NCBI RefSeq assembly: GCF_963921235.1
Contig: NC_086098.1
Coordinates: 3,658,001 to 3,722,000 of the forward strand
Direction: 5' to 3'
Length of the DNA stretch: 64,000 nucleotides
From: Mobula hypostoma
Taxonomy: Eukaryota
Below are positions 11,111-24,006 of the stretch, piece by piece. The position numbers and the translations under genes are program-made. Under the pieces are notes generated by a model, which was given only the letters and a program-made list of their open reading frames with translations, was not told the origin of the DNA and ran no database searches. Each line of letters opens with the position of its first letter. Position 1 is the stretch's first letter.

Positions 11111-11659
11111 TCAGAAAATATACAATATCATATATATGTTGTAAATATTATACATTATACTGTATATATTTATATATATATATACACACACTTGATATAC
11201 TGTACCTGTTTCGAACTACTACGGTTAAATTTCCCAGCTTATTAAATGAAGAAAATCAATTGTTACCAATCAAGAATAATGGATGCAAAGTCAAAAGAGA
11301 GACAAAACATGTTAAAAACAAAATAAAAGCGGTATGAACGTTTTCTTACCCTTCTTATTGTGCAGGCAAGTTTTCAGAACAGACACCATAAACTTTGAAG
11401 CTAACTGTTAACAACTGGAGGCACTGGGGGTAATTTTAAACATTACTACTTTAAATGCAAATGTAATCAGCCTCATTTCAATAAAAATATGCAAACTAAT
11501 TCCTTTGTGAAACAGGAGTCACTTTTATGTGCTATCATCTTTGAAAAGCTCTGACAGAGGTAACATGATTAGGAAGGTGCACCCACAAGTTGTAAGTTTA
11601 AATCCATTCTGAATGCTGAGAAATGCCGATGTGCAGAGAAACTAAACGTTAGATGGAGA

Positions 11660-12675
11660 AATAAGGATGTAATGCCGAGTCTTTATAAAGCATTGGTCAG
11701 ACTGCACTTGGAGTATTGTGAGCAGTCTTGGGGAAATGTTGCCTGACAAATCTCTTGGAATTCTTGAGGAAATAACAAGCAGGATAGACAAAGGAAACTC
11801 TGTGGATGTTGTCTACTTGGATTTTCAGAAGGTGCCACACATGAAGCTTCTTAATAAGAACGCAATATATCACAGGAAGGATGTTTGCACGGATAGAGCA
11901 TTGGCTGACTGGCAGGAGGCAAAGCAGGGGAATAAAGGAGCTTCTTCTGATTGGCTGCCGGTGACTAGTGGTGTTCCACAGGGATCTGTGTTGGGACAGA
12001 TCCTTTTTACGTTGCATGTCAATGATTTGGGTGGAAGGGCAGGTAGTGTTGAGGAAGCAGGCTGTCTGCAGAAGGACTGAGACAGATTAGCAGAATGGGT
12101 AAAGAAGTGGCAGATGGAATACAGTGTAGGGAAGGGTATAGTCATACACTTTGGTAGATGAAATAGAAGTGTAGGCTATTTTATAAGTGTGAGAAAAAAT
12201 CAAAAATCAGAGGTGCAAAGTGACGGGAGTCCTGGTGCAGGTTCAGTCAGTGGGGAGAAGGGCAATGTGATGTTAGCATTCATTTTGAGATGGCTCGAAT
12301 ATAAAAACAAGGATGTAATGTTGAGACTTTATAAGGCACTGGTGAGGCCTCACTTGGAGTTTTGGGGCCCTGACCTAAGGAAGGATGTGGTTTCAAAGGA
12401 GATTTGCTAAAATTATGTTGGGAATGAAAGGCTTATCACATGAGGAGCATTTGGAGGCTCTGGACCTGTACACGCTGGAATTTAGGAAAATGAGGGAAAA
12501 TATCATTGAACCCTATTGAATATTGCAAAGTCTAGGTAGAGTGCATGTGGAAAGAATGTTTCCTATGGTGTGGGAGTCTATGACCAGAGTACACAGTCTC
12601 AGAATAGAGGGGCATCCACTTAGAATGGAGATGAGGAGGAATTTCTTTAGCCAGAGCCTGGTGTATCTGTGGAAC
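11660..12675 (+). mobile_element. Degraded CR1 ORF2 fragment
   Basis: VDVVYLDFQK, SGVPQGSVLG, LVRPHLE motifs in broken frames. Confidence 0.85.
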
Positions 12676-12903
12676 ACTACACAAAGAAGCAGGTACTTTG
12701 GCCCATCTAGTCTATGCCGAACTATTAAGTTGCCTCATCCCATCGGCCTGCGTTTAGACCGTAACTCTCCATACTCCTCCCATCCATGTATTTATCTAAA
12801 TTTTCTTTAAATGTTGAAATTGAACCTCCATCTACTACTTCCACTGGCAGCTCGTTCCAGTCTCCCACCAACCGCTGGGTGAGGAAGTTCCCTTCTTCTG
12901 GTA
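12676..12903 (-). mobile_element. CR1 3' end
   Basis: Homologous to minus-strand CR1 tails at 46218 and 59083. Confidence 0.6.
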
Positions 12904-13029
12904 GATGATAAGTTCAAGCTTAAGCTCAGCTTTATTGTTATCTGACCGTACATACATATGGCCAAAAGAAACAATATTCCTCTGGACCACACACCATGTA
13001 TCACACACAGCAAATAATCCAAAAGACAT

Positions 13030-13525
13030 TATCCTGCAAGAAGTGGTGGATGCAGCCCAGTCCATTACAGGAAAAGCTCTCCCCACCATTGAGCACGTCT
13101 GCATAGAGCAACAAAGCAGCATTCACCATCAAGGACCTTCACCATCCAGGCCATGCTCTCCTCTTGCAGCGGCCAAGAGGAAGGAGGGATAGGAGCCTGA
13201 TGTCCCACGCTACCAAGTTCAGGAACAATTAACGCCCCTCAACCATCAGACTCCTGAACCAAAGTAGATAATTGCACTCACCACAACATCACCATGATTC
13301 CACAACCTGTGGAGTTACTTTTAAGAACTCTAAAACTAATGTGCTCAGCATTTATTCATTTGTTTGTTTGTTTGTTTGTAATTTACATGGTTTGTCTTCT
13401 TTTCCACATTGTGTGCAATTTTTCATTGATTCCATTGTATTTCTTTGTTCTACTGTGAATGTCTGCACGAAAATGAATCTCAGGGATTGTATATGGTGAC
13501 AGATGCATATTTGGATAATAAATGT
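13030..13525 (+). mobile_element. Rex1/Babar-like LINE 3' end
   Basis: LQEVVDAAQSITGKALPTIEH motif and shared 3' UTR. Confidence 0.75.
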
Positions 13526-13822
13526 ACAGTGGAATTTGGTTTATTGGGACATCAGCTAATCGGACCGCTGCTTATTTGGGACAACTCTTAAAGAACAAAC
13601 ACTAATTGAGAATATAGCAGGAATCCCTTTGCTCATTTGGGACACTGTACCATTTACTTGGGCCAGGAGACTGTTGCCGGACAGTTTCTAATTAGCATCA
13701 GTTTCGTGCTCTTGCTTGGTCGTTAGACACAACATCATGCTTTGAGCAAACCATTTTTAAATAGCATCAGTTACGTGATTTTGTTCACTGATAGTTGGCG
13801 AGTAATAAGCAGTAAGACAAGT
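13526..13822 (+). mobile_element. DNA transposon-like (Tigger-type) fragment
   Basis: TA|CAGTGGA start and repeated ATTTGGGACA; a homologous minus-strand copy lies at 36385-36535; may continue at about 16250-16550. Confidence 0.4.
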
Positions 13823-13825
13823 CAG

Positions 13826-14277
13826 GCAACACACATAAAAGTTGCTGGTGAACGCAGCAGGCCAGGCAGCATCTCTAGGAAGAGGTACAGTTGACGTTTC
13901 AGGCCGAGATCCTTCGTCAGGACTAACTGAAGGAAGAGTGAGTAAGGGATTTGAAAGTTGGAGGGGGGGGGGAGATCCAAAATGATAGGAGAAGACAAGA
14001 GGGGGAGGGATGGAGCCAAGAGCTGGACAGGTGATAGGCAAAAGGGATACGAGAGGATCATGGGACAGGAGGTCCAGGAAGAAAGACAAGGAGGTGGGGG
14101 GGGGGACCCAGAGGATGGGCAAGGGGTATATTCAGAGGGACAGAGGGAGAAAAAGGAGAGTGAGAGAAAGAACATGTGTATAAAAATAAGTAACAGATGG
14201 GGTACGAGGGGGAGGTGGGGCATTAGCAGAAGTTAGAGAGAAGCCCCACCTCCCTCTCGTACCCCATCTGTTACTTA
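13826..14277 (-). mobile_element. PLE pLTR with short inverted segment and degenerate hammerhead
   Basis: Homologous to 43390-43780; 14243-14277 is the inverse of 14187-14220; minus-strand CTGACGA..GAAACGTC at about 13888-13924. Confidence 0.8.
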
Positions 14278-14279
14278 AC

Positions 14280-16245
14280 AGAACGGGCATACAACAAAGC
14301 AAAATTAGTGGGAAGATAGAGGATTGCGAAGTTTTTAAAAATGTGCAGAGAGCAATTTAAAAAATTCATTAGAAGGGAAAAGATGAAATATGAAAGCAAG
14401 TTAACAAATAAAATCAAAGTACATAGTAAAAGTTTTTTCAAGTATGTTAAAAAAAAAGAGAAATGAGAGTGGATATAGGACCGCTAGAAAATGAGGCAGG
14501 AGAAATAATAACAGGGGACAAGGAGGTGGCAGATGACCTAAATGAGTGTTTTGCATCAGTCTTCACTGCGGAGGACACTATCAGTGTGCCTGATGTTGTA
14601 GTGTGTGAAGGAAGTGAAGTGAGTGCAGTTACAATTACAAGAGAGAAGGTGCTCAAAAAGCTAAAAGACCTGAAGGTACATAAGTCACCCGGACCAGAGG
14701 AACTGCATCCTAGGGTTCTGAAAGAGGTAGCGTTAGACATTGTGGTGGCATTAGAAATGATCTTTCAGAAATAATTGGACTCTGGCAAAGTGCCAGAGGA
14801 CTGGAAAATTGCAAATGTCACTCCACTCTATAAGAAAGGAGGAAGGCAGCAGAAAGAAAATTATAGACTAGTTAGCCTGACGTCAGTGGTAGAGGAAGAT
14901 GTTAGAGTCAATTGTTAGAGATAAGGTGATGGAGTACTTGGTGACACAGGACAAAATCACACAAAGACAACATGGTTTCCTTCAGGGAAAATCCTGCCTG
15001 ATGAACCTGTTGGAATTCTTTGAGGAGATTACAAGTAGGATTGATAAAGGAGATGCAGTGGATGTTGTATATTTGGACTTTCAGAAGGCCTTTGACAAGT
15101 TGCCACACATGAGGTTGCTTACCCAGTTAAGAGCCCATGGTATTACAGGAAAGTTACTAACATGGTTAGAGAATTGGCTGATTGGTAAGAGGCAGGGAAT
15201 AAAAGTATCCTTTTCTGATTGACTGCCAGTGAGTGGTTTTCTGCAGGGGTCAGTGTTGAGACTACTTTTTATGCTGTATATAAACTATTTAAATGATGGA
15301 ATAGATGGCTTTGTTGCCAAGTTTGCAGATGATGTGAAGATTGGTGGAGGGGCAGGTAGTGCTGAGGAAACAGGTAGGATGCAGGACTTAGACAGATTAG
15401 AATGGGCAAGAAAGTGGCAAATGAAATACAATGTTGGAAAATGCATGGTCATGCACTTTGGTAGTAGAAATAAATGTGCAGACTATTTTCTAAACTGGGA
15501 GAAAATACAGTAATCTGAGATGCAGAGAGACTTTAGTGCCCTTGTGCAGAACACCCTGAAGATTAACTTGCAGGTTGAGTCAGTGTTGAGGAAGGCAAAT
15601 GCCATGTTAGCATTCATTTCAATAGTTCTAGAATACAAGAGCAAGGATGTGATGCTGAGGCTTTATAAGACACTGATGAGGCCTCACCTTGAGTATTGTG
15701 AACAGTTTAGGGCTCCTCATCTTAGAAAAGATGTGCTGGCATTGGAGAGGGTCCAGAGGAGGTTCACAAGGATGATTCCAGGGATGAAAGGGTTATCATA
15801 TGAGGAACGTTTGATGGCTCTGGGTCTGTACTCTCTGGAATTCAGAAGGATGAGGGGGATCTCATTGAAAGCTTTTGAATGTTGAAAGACCTAGACAGAG
15901 TAGATGTGGAAAGGATGTTTCCCATAGTGGGAGAGTCTAGGACAAGAGGACACAGCCTCAGCGAGGGGTGCCCTTTCAAACAGAAATGTGGAGAAATTTC
16001 TTTACCAAAGGGTGGTGAATTTGTGGAATTCGTTGCCACATGCAGCTGTGGAGGCCAGGATGTTACGTGTATTTTTGGCAGAAATTGATAAGTTCCTGAT
16101 TGGAAATGGCATCAAAGGTTACGGGAAGAAGGCCAGGAACTGGGGTTGAGGAGCAGTTATAAAAAGGGATCAGCCGTGCTTGAATGCCGGAGCAGACTCA
16201 ATGGGCCACAGCGCCAAATCTGCTGCTATGTCTTACGGTCTTATG
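14280..16245 (+). mobile_element. CR1 ORF2 fragment through 3' end
   Basis: KSPGPEELHPRVLKE, QHGFLQGKSCL, LDFQKAFDK, KFADD, RPHLEYC motifs; multiple stops. Confidence 0.92.
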
Positions 16246-16559
16246 CTCTTATCTTGAATGTTACAATAAGAATGAAAATTTGGAAGATGCTATTATCAAA
16301 AGCATTGCATGAAGGCATTCCAATATCTACACTAGGTGTCTGCACTAATTTTGCTCATTTTCAGTCAGTCGAAAGAACACAGAAGTGTACACTGATTGAA
16401 TTCCTCCATTGATAACTATTAGGAACTATTACACAGTTTTATAGTACTGTTGTAGGATTGGTAGTGTTCTAAATTGTTCTGTATTTCTTTTAAGTATATA
16501 ATTTATTACTCAGTTTGTCTTTTTTATACCTTTTTAACAATTCCTATGAACCTGGTGGA

Positions 16560-18482
16560 GCGAGTCCTGAGACTCTTGTACCTATTACCTGATGACAGCA
16601 GCAAGAAAAGACCATGCTCTGGGTGGTGAGGATCTTTGATGATGGATGCTCATTTTCTACGACAATATTTCATGTTGGTATGTTCAATGGTTGGAAGGGC
16701 TTTACCAGTGATATACTGGACCAAATATATAATCTTATGTTGGATTTTCCATTCAAAGGCATTGATGTTCACATACCTGGCTGTCATGCAGCCAGTCAAT
16801 ACACTCTTCACTACACATCTAGAGAAGTATGTCGAAGTTTTTGATGTCATGATGAATCTCCGCAGTCTCCCAAGGAAGTAGAGGCACTGTTGTGCTTTCT
16901 TTGCAATTATATTTATATGATGGGTCCAACAGAGTTCTTCTGAGATAGTAACGCTCAGGAATTTAAAGTTACTGACCCTCTCCACCTCTGGTCTTCCGAT
17001 GAGGACTGGCTGATGGACCTCTGGTTTCCCTCTCCTGATGTCTACAATCAATTCCTTGGTCTTGCTAACATTGACACCACTCAGCCAAATTTTCAATCTC
17101 CCTCCTGCAAGCTAATTCATCACCACCTTTGTTATGGTCCACAACAGTGGTGTCATCAGCAAACTTGTATATGGTGTTGGAGCTGTAATTAGCTGCACAG
17201 TAAGTGTAAAGTGAGTAGAGCAGGGGGCCTGTGGTGCACATATGCCAATCATGGACAAGACGTTTTCGCCAATCCAAACTTACTGGGGTCTGCAAGTGAT
17301 GAAATCCAGGATCCGATTGCACAAGGGGATATTGAGGTTCAGGCCCAAGAGCTTACTGATTAGTTTTGAGGGGACGATGGTATTAAATGCTGAAATCCAG
17401 TTGATCCAATCTGATTTATGCATCTTTGCTGTCCCGATGTTCCAGGCTTGTGTGAAGAGCCAAAGAGAAGGCATCTGTTGTGGACATGTTGCTACAGTAG
17501 GTAAATTGGAGTGGATCCAAGTCACTACTCAGACGTCCTCTCAAAACACTTCTTCATCATGGATACAAGTGCATCTGGGTGAAAGTCACTGAGGCAGGTT
17601 ACCACACTCTCCTTGGGCACGGTATGATTGGGTACCACACAAAGCAGGTGGTTGAAGATATCCGTGAAAACTCCTGCCAGTTGGTCAGCACAGGTCTTCA
17701 GTACTCAACCAGGTCCGGATGAGATACTTTCCTTGGATTCACCATCCTGAAGGCAGCCCTCACATCATCTGCAGATACTGGGACTAAGGATCAGGAGATA
17801 TGGGGGCTTTGCAATGGTTCCTCCCTGTTCTGACAGTCAAAGCAAGCATAGAAGGCTTGAGCTCATCTGGAAGTAAAGCTCTACTGTCCCCTATGTCACT
17901 TGATTTACCTTTGTAGGAGGTTGTAGCATTCAAACCCTGCCACAGCTGTCGAGTAACCCTCGTTTAGTCCAGAATCTCCACTTCACTCGTGAGATAGCTT
18001 TCCGGAGAGCGTTGCTGCACCCCTTTCAACATTCTTGATCTCTGGACTTGAATTCCTCTAATATGGCCCTCAGCAAATTTTGGATTTCATGGTTCATCCT
18101 AGGCTTCTGACTGGGGGTGGGACATACTCATCTACAGTTGTTTTAACAAAGTCTGTAATGACCCTGGTGTAATCATTCAGATCCTCAGATGAATGTTTGA
18201 ATACGTCCACTGACTTAAAGCCATCCTGTAACCATTCTTTTGTCTACTGCGACCATCACTTAGTTGTCTTGATCTCCAGAGCCTTGCTTTTTAGGCTCTG
18301 TCTTTATGCAGATTGTAGGATTTCGGCCAAATGGTCCAATTTACCAAAATGTGGCCTCAGGAAGGAACAGGATTTCCTTATCGTAGTGTAGCAGTGGTCT
18401 AGTGTGTTGGGACCTCTGATGCTACAGGTTATATGCTAGTGATAAGTGGGCAGAGTTTTCTTCAAACAGGCCTGGTTGAGAC
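16560..18482 (-). mobile_element. Rex1/Babar-like LINE (APE end, RT, C-terminus), degraded
   Basis: [65 protein letters not shown]-like APE remnant near 18390. Confidence 0.85.
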
Positions 18483-19004
18483 CAATCAATTCAAATCAAA
18501 TCAAATCAAGTTTAATTATCATTCAAACTATACACGAATACAGTTGAATGAAACAGCATAACATGCTTTCAAAATAGCGAGAGAGAAAAAAAAACACACA
18601 TCGTTGCACAAGAAAACATACTCATAGTCCCTGAGAGACATGCAAATTGATTGTACGACTCTCAGCAATCTAGTCTGACATTTCACCGATCGAACACTGG
18701 AGGGCAGCACTGACAGGAGAGGCCAGCTCCCAACTGAGCACAGACTCCACACTACACCACCTCCATCGCCGTCTCACCTGGACTGCAGCAGCAGGCAAGC
18801 CCACAGCTTGGGGCCTAGTCCTTGTTACAATCGAGGCCACGCTGCTGCTTTGTCACCTGTCTCACCATGTCCAACAGGGTCTTGCAAGAGAAACGCTTAA
18901 GATAGTCACTCACGGTTACACGGCCCCCTGTCTTCACACATCAGCTCCGATGCCATGGAGTAGTAGACAGCAACACAGTTTGTACCCAGGTCAGCCCCTT
19001 CGAA

Positions 19005-19072
19005 ACCTGTGCTTCTTCCTATGGATGCTGTCTGGCCTGCTGCGTTCCACCAGCATTTTGTGTGTGTTGCTT
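19005..19072 (+). mobile_element. PLE pLTR fragment
   Basis: GATGCTGTCTGGCCTGCTGCGTTCCACCAGCATTTTGTGTGTGTTGC. Confidence 0.6.
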
Positions 19073-19074
19073 AG

Positions 19075-19270
19075 GTTTATTTTGATTGTCTTGGGGATTC
19101 CGTGTTACCTGTATTATTGCTAATCACGGGGTCCTAGTTTTGAGAATATTCCATCTCGCGGTGTAACTCAGCCGGGCCACCTCATGAATAAACTCTGGTC
19201 ACTGTCTCTACATTGGAGTCTGTTATTCCTCTGCATTTGGGTTCTGAAATTGCCAGCACACATCTTGACA
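19075..19270 (+). mobile_element. Probable Gypsy LTR 3' fragment
   Basis: AATAAA followed by TCTGCATTTGGGTTC..TGACA, similar to the LTR end of the 28-33 kb element. Confidence 0.4.
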
Positions 19271-19347
19271 CTTTCTTGCCTCTGAAAGTTTTGATGCAAT
19301 CAACATTATCAGTTAAATGTTGATATCGTAGGAAAAATAGTTGGAGG

Positions 19348-20165
19348 CAGAGTTAAGATGGCGCTAAACAGCGACTCCTTTTCTTGCATCTTTGGAAGCA
19401 GCTCTATTTCCATCTTTAATATCTCTACTTTTCCCTTTCAGGGTTCTTTTGAAGATCCTGTCCTCGAGTTACATGCAGACTTCGGTTCTTTGCAGGAATG
19501 GGACCCATTCTCGGGGTTTCAGGACCAGCCGTTGTTGTTCGGCATGCCAAGGGCTCGGCACGAGAGTCTTGCTCGTATTTGGAAGCCAAAGGTCTCGGAG
19601 CTCTGGAGATGGGCAGATCGAAGGTCGGTGTCACGGCAGGAGACTCGTGTGTCGTCGGGGAGGCCGGAAAATCTTTCTCTGTGGGCCTGAAGACAGGAGA
19701 TCTTTGCGACCTTCAGGCACAGAGCTCGTAAAAAGCGACAGAACAGACTTTTTAACATCATAAACCAGCGGGTTGTTGTTATGTCTCCCATTCACTTTGA
19801 AAATGGGGGACACCTCCCTCTCCCTTATTAGGGAGAGAGGGAACCTGTGGTTTGTCGAATGCCGGATGAAATGCAGTAGTCTTTGGGGTAAATGCAAGGT
19901 CTGTGTCTTTACTATCGCCTAGCTCACACCTGTGTTCGGTAGCGGGTGTGCTTTTTTTTGCCGGGGGGGGACGGGGTATCGTTGCCTTGCTACCACTCAC
20001 ACGCAGGAGGGAGGAACTGGGGGGGACTTTGGAATTCTCACGTTTAACTGTCATTCATTGTTTGGGGCACTCCTCTGTTTTCGTGGATCTTTTGCGAAGA
20101 AAAAGCATTTCAGGATGTATATTGTATACATTTCTCTGACATTAGATTGGACTTTGAACCTTTGA
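19348..20165 (+). mobile_element. Non-autonomous LINE derivative (Rex1-like termini)
   Basis: Starts AAGATGGCG, CpG-rich non-coding body, ends TTTCAGGATGTATATTG..ACTTTGAACCTTTGA like the Rex tails in this window. Confidence 0.45.
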
Positions 20166-20177
20166 AAATTATCCTGT

Positions 20178-20442
20178 TTTGTTATTTATTCAGAGACACA
20201 GTGGGGAACAGGCCGTTGCAGCCCAACAAGCCCCAACACCCAGCTACCCATCTATTTAACACTAGGACAATTTACAATGACCAGTCAACCTACGTCTATG
20301 GGTTGTGGGAGGAAACTGGAGCACCCGGAGGAAACCCACATGGTCACAGGGAGAACATACACACTCCTTGCAGGTGGCACTGGAATTGAACTCTGAACTC
20401 CAGAATGTAACAGTGTTGCACTAACCGCTACACTATCGTGCC
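20178..20442 (-). mobile_element. V-SINE (HE1-like) copy
   Basis: GTGGGAGGAAACTGGAGCACCCGGAGGAAACCCAC. Confidence 0.75.
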
Positions 20443-20713
20443 ACTTTTGCCTGTCTGAAACCTTTCTGAATGGAGAGTAAACATTTGAAATTCCATCTTC
20501 AAACAGATCTTACACTCTGTTTCCAGATCCTGAAGGCATTTGCTTTGCCGAAAACCAAAGAGTAAAATGTTACATGTGCTGAAGGACCTTCTGTAATAAC
20601 CTTCACACAGCTGAAAAAATAGTCACTCGGAAACCTTCTATCAAAAGAAACTTTAGAATTTTTCATATGCAAGACGAATCAGGTTTATGTCAGTAGCATA
20701 TGACGTGAGATTT

Positions 20714-20922
20714 ACAGTCCTGAAACGCCAGATGTTTACTCCTCTCCATAGATGTTGCCGGACTTGCTGAGTTTCTCCAGCATTTTGTGTGTGTTGTGAG
20801 TCCTGATGAAGGGTCTCAGCCCAAAACATCGACTGTTTATTCCTCTCCATAGATGCTGCCTGATCTGCTGAGTTCCTCCAGCATTTTGTGTGTGTTGCTC
20901 TGGATTTTCAGCATCAGCAGAC
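20714..20922 (+). mobile_element. Tandem pair of short PLE pLTR units with degenerate hammerhead
   Basis: TCCTCTCCATAGATG..CCAGCATTTTGTGTGTGTTG occurs twice; AGTCCTGATGAAGGGTCTCAGCCCAAAACATCGACT at about 20799. Confidence 0.75.
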
Positions 20923-20929
20923 ATTCCCA

Positions 20930-21242
20930 TGTCATGAAATTTGTTGTTTTGCAACAGCAATACAGTGCAATACATCATTTAAAAAAGAACTATAAATTAC
21001 AATGGGAAATCTATAATTAAATTAAATTAGTGCAAAAACAGAGCAAAAAATACATGCTGAAGTTGAGTACGTGGATTCAATGCCCATTCAGAAATCTGAT
21101 GACAAAAGGGAAGATGCTGTTCCTAAAACATTGAGAGTGTGTCCTCAGTCTCCTGTCCCCCTGCCTGACAGTAGCAACAAGAAGAGGGCAAGTCATGGGT
21201 GACAGGGTCCTTAATGATGGACGCTGCCTTCTTGAGGCATCA
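20930..21242 (-). mobile_element. Rex1-like LINE 3' end
   Basis: Homologous to the tails at about 34060-34395 and 52480-52685. Confidence 0.55.
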
Positions 21243-22985
21243 CAGCCTTTGAGTACAGCAAATACAAAAGATGCATAAGATGGATTTGGGTGAAATGATT
21301 TAATTCCTAGTAAAAAAAAACAGATCTGAATTCACCATACATTCAGTCTTCAAACACAAGATACAGCGTAACACTGACAAGATCAGAACAGGATGCTACG
21401 TATTAAATGAGATGATTTCAATACTGTTTACAGAAGTTGTCACTCAGTGTCTGTGTAAATACTATAAACAGATGGCAGCACAATTCTGTCAGTGAAGAAG
21501 ACAAGAGGTTATACAAACCAGTGGAAAATGTAATGCTATTCTTACCCTGATAAGTGAGCAGTTGTGCATTTCGGGAGCCCAAATGAGAGAGGAAAGCATA
21601 TAGTAAAAAGCAGGACTCTTGGGAGCATTGGTGTACGAAGGGCTCTTAGGGAACAAGTACATAACTCACTGAAAACTCCAACACGACTAAATAGAGTAGC
21701 AAAGAAGGGCTGCCTTTATCGGTTAGGGCTTTAAATTTAAAACTAACAAAATCACATAGAAACATAGAAAACCTACAGCACAATACAGGGCCTTTGGCCC
21801 ACAAAGCTGTGCCGAACATGTCCCTACCTTAGAAATTACTAGGGTTACCCATAGCCCATTTTTCTGAGCTCCATGTACCTATTGAGGAGTCTCTTAAAAG
21901 ACACTATCATATCTACCTCCACCACCACCGCCGGCAGCCCATTCCACGCACTCACCACTCTCTGCATAAAAAAAACTTACCCCTGACATCGCCTCTGTAC
22001 CTACTTCTAAACGCCTTAAAACTGTGCCCTCTCGTGCCAGCCATTTCAGCCCTGGGAAAAAAGTCTCTGACTATCCACATGATCAATGCCTCTCATCATC
22101 TTATAAACCTCAATCAGGTCACCTCTCATCCTCTGTCGCTCCAAGGAAAAAAGGCCAAGTTCACTCAACCTATTCTCATAAGGCATGCTCCCCAATCCAG
22201 GTAACATCCTTGTAAATCTCCTCTGCACCCTTTCTATCATTTCCACATCCTTCCTGTAGTGAGGCGACGAGAACTGAGCACAGTACTCCAAGTGGGTTCT
22301 GACTAGGGTCCTATATAGCTGCAACATTACTTCTCGGCTCTTGAACTCAATCCCATAATCGATGAAGGCCAATGCACCGTATGCCTTCTTAACCACAGAG
22401 TCAACCTGCGCAGCTGCTTGAGCGTCCTATGGACTCGGACCCCAAGATCCCTCTGATCCTCCACACTGCCAAGAGTCTTACCATTAATACTATATTCTGC
22501 CATCATATTTGACCTACCAAAATGAACCACTTCACACTTATCTGGGTTGAACTCCATCTGCCACTTCTCAGCCCTGTTTTGCATCCTAGCAATGTCCCAT
22601 TGTAACCTCTGACAGCCCTCCACACTATCCACAACACACCCAACCTTTGTGTCATCAGCAGATTTACTAACCTATCCCTCCACTTCTTCATCCAGGTCAT
22701 TTATAAAAATCACGAAGAGTAGGGGTCCCAGAACAGATCTCTGAGGCACACCACTGGTCACCGACCTCCATGCAGAATATGACCCACCTATAACCACTCT
22801 TTGCCTTCTGCAGGCAAGCCAGTTCTGGATCCACAAAGCAATGTCCCCTTGGATCCCATGCCTCCTTACTTTCTCAATAAGCCCTGCATGGGGTACCTTG
22901 TCAAATGCCTTGCTGAAATCCATATACACTACATTACTGCTCTACCTTCATCAATGTGTTTAGTCATATCCTCAAAAAATTCAAA

Positions 22986-23410
22986 AAAGTTCATACCCCT
23001 TGGTATGAACATATAATTCTCCAATCCCCTTGGTATGAACATAGAATTCTCCAATCCCCTTGGTATGAACATAGTATTCTCCAACCCCCTTGGTATGAAC
23101 ATAGAATTCTCCAACTTCCGGTAATTCCCTCCCTCTCCCTTCCCCATATCCCTATGTCACTCTGCCCCCTCCCCCAGCTGCCTATCACCTCCCTGCTTCC
23201 CCTCTCCCACCCCTTTATCTTTCCCCTTACTGGTTTTTCACCTGGAACCTACCAGCCTTCTCCTTCCCACCCTCCCCCCCACCTTCTTTATAGGGCCTCT
23301 GCTCCTTCCCCCGACAGTCCTGACGAAGGGTTCCGGCCCGAAACGTTGACTGATCGTTTCCACAGATGCTGCCTGACCTGCTGAGTTCCTCCAGCGTGTT
23401 GTGATTGTTG
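22986..23410 (+). mobile_element. PLE 3' fragment (end of GIY-YIG ORF plus pLTR) with four 30-bp reiterations at the 5' junction
   Basis: Repeat encodes PLGMNIEFSN then FR-stop, matching the ORF end PDGMNIDFSNFR at 43389; ATTCAA flanks both sides. Confidence 0.8.
23315..23352 (+). ncRNA. Minimal type I hammerhead ribozyme (PLE-type)
   Basis: CAGUC-CUGACGA-AGGG UUCCGG CCC-GAAA-CG-UU-GACUG: helix I CAGUC/GACUG, intact core, palindromic ACGU helix III. Confidence 0.75.
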
Positions 23411-23609
23411 ATTCAATCAGGCTCATAAGGCACGACCTGCCTTTGATAAAGCCATGCTGACTATTCCTAATCATATTATGCCTCTCCAAATCTTCATAAA
23501 TCCTGTGTCTCATTGTAATCATATAAAGGTTTGGTTGGTCCACAAGTGGAGTATTTAATACAATTATGGTTATACATTACAGAAAAGATTTGGAACACAC
23601 AAAAAATGG

Positions 23610-24006
23610 CAAAAGTGTACAACCGTGGCTGACGAGGGAAATCAAAACTAATGTAAAAGAATTAGTGGGAAGGCAGAGGATTGGGAAGCTTTTAAAACCC
23701 TACAAAGAGCAACTAAAAGAATCACTAAGAAGGAAAAGATGAAATAGGAAAACAAGCAAGCAAGCAAATTAAAGTGGATAGTAAACACCTTTACAAGTAT
23801 GTAAAAAATAAAAGAGAGATGAGTGGATATAGGACTGCTGGAAAATGAAGCCAGAGAAATAATAATGGGGAACAAAGAGATGGTAGGTGAACTAAATGAA
23901 TATTTTGCATGTCTTCACTGTTGAGCACACTAGTAGTGTGCCAAATGTTGCAATGTGTAAAGGAAGAGAAGTGAGTGCAGTTACTATTCCAAGGGAGAAG
24001 GTGCTC
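23610..24006 (+). mobile_element. CR1 ORF2 internal fragment
   Basis: Homologous to 14290-14655. Confidence 0.75.

Larger units (their letters stand above)
21755..23510 (-). mobile_element. CR1 LINE RT/3' fragment interrupted by a PLE
   Basis: [31 protein letters not shown]; (TTTCTATG)n tail. Confidence 0.92.

Noticed and set aside
11340..11400. Possible minus-strand splice donor (CTTACC) marking a host exon
   Set aside because: No supportable acceptor or recognisable coding frame
22996..23115. 30-bp repeats as a CRISPR-like array
   Set aside because: No spacers; vertebrate context; the unit is PLE coding sequence
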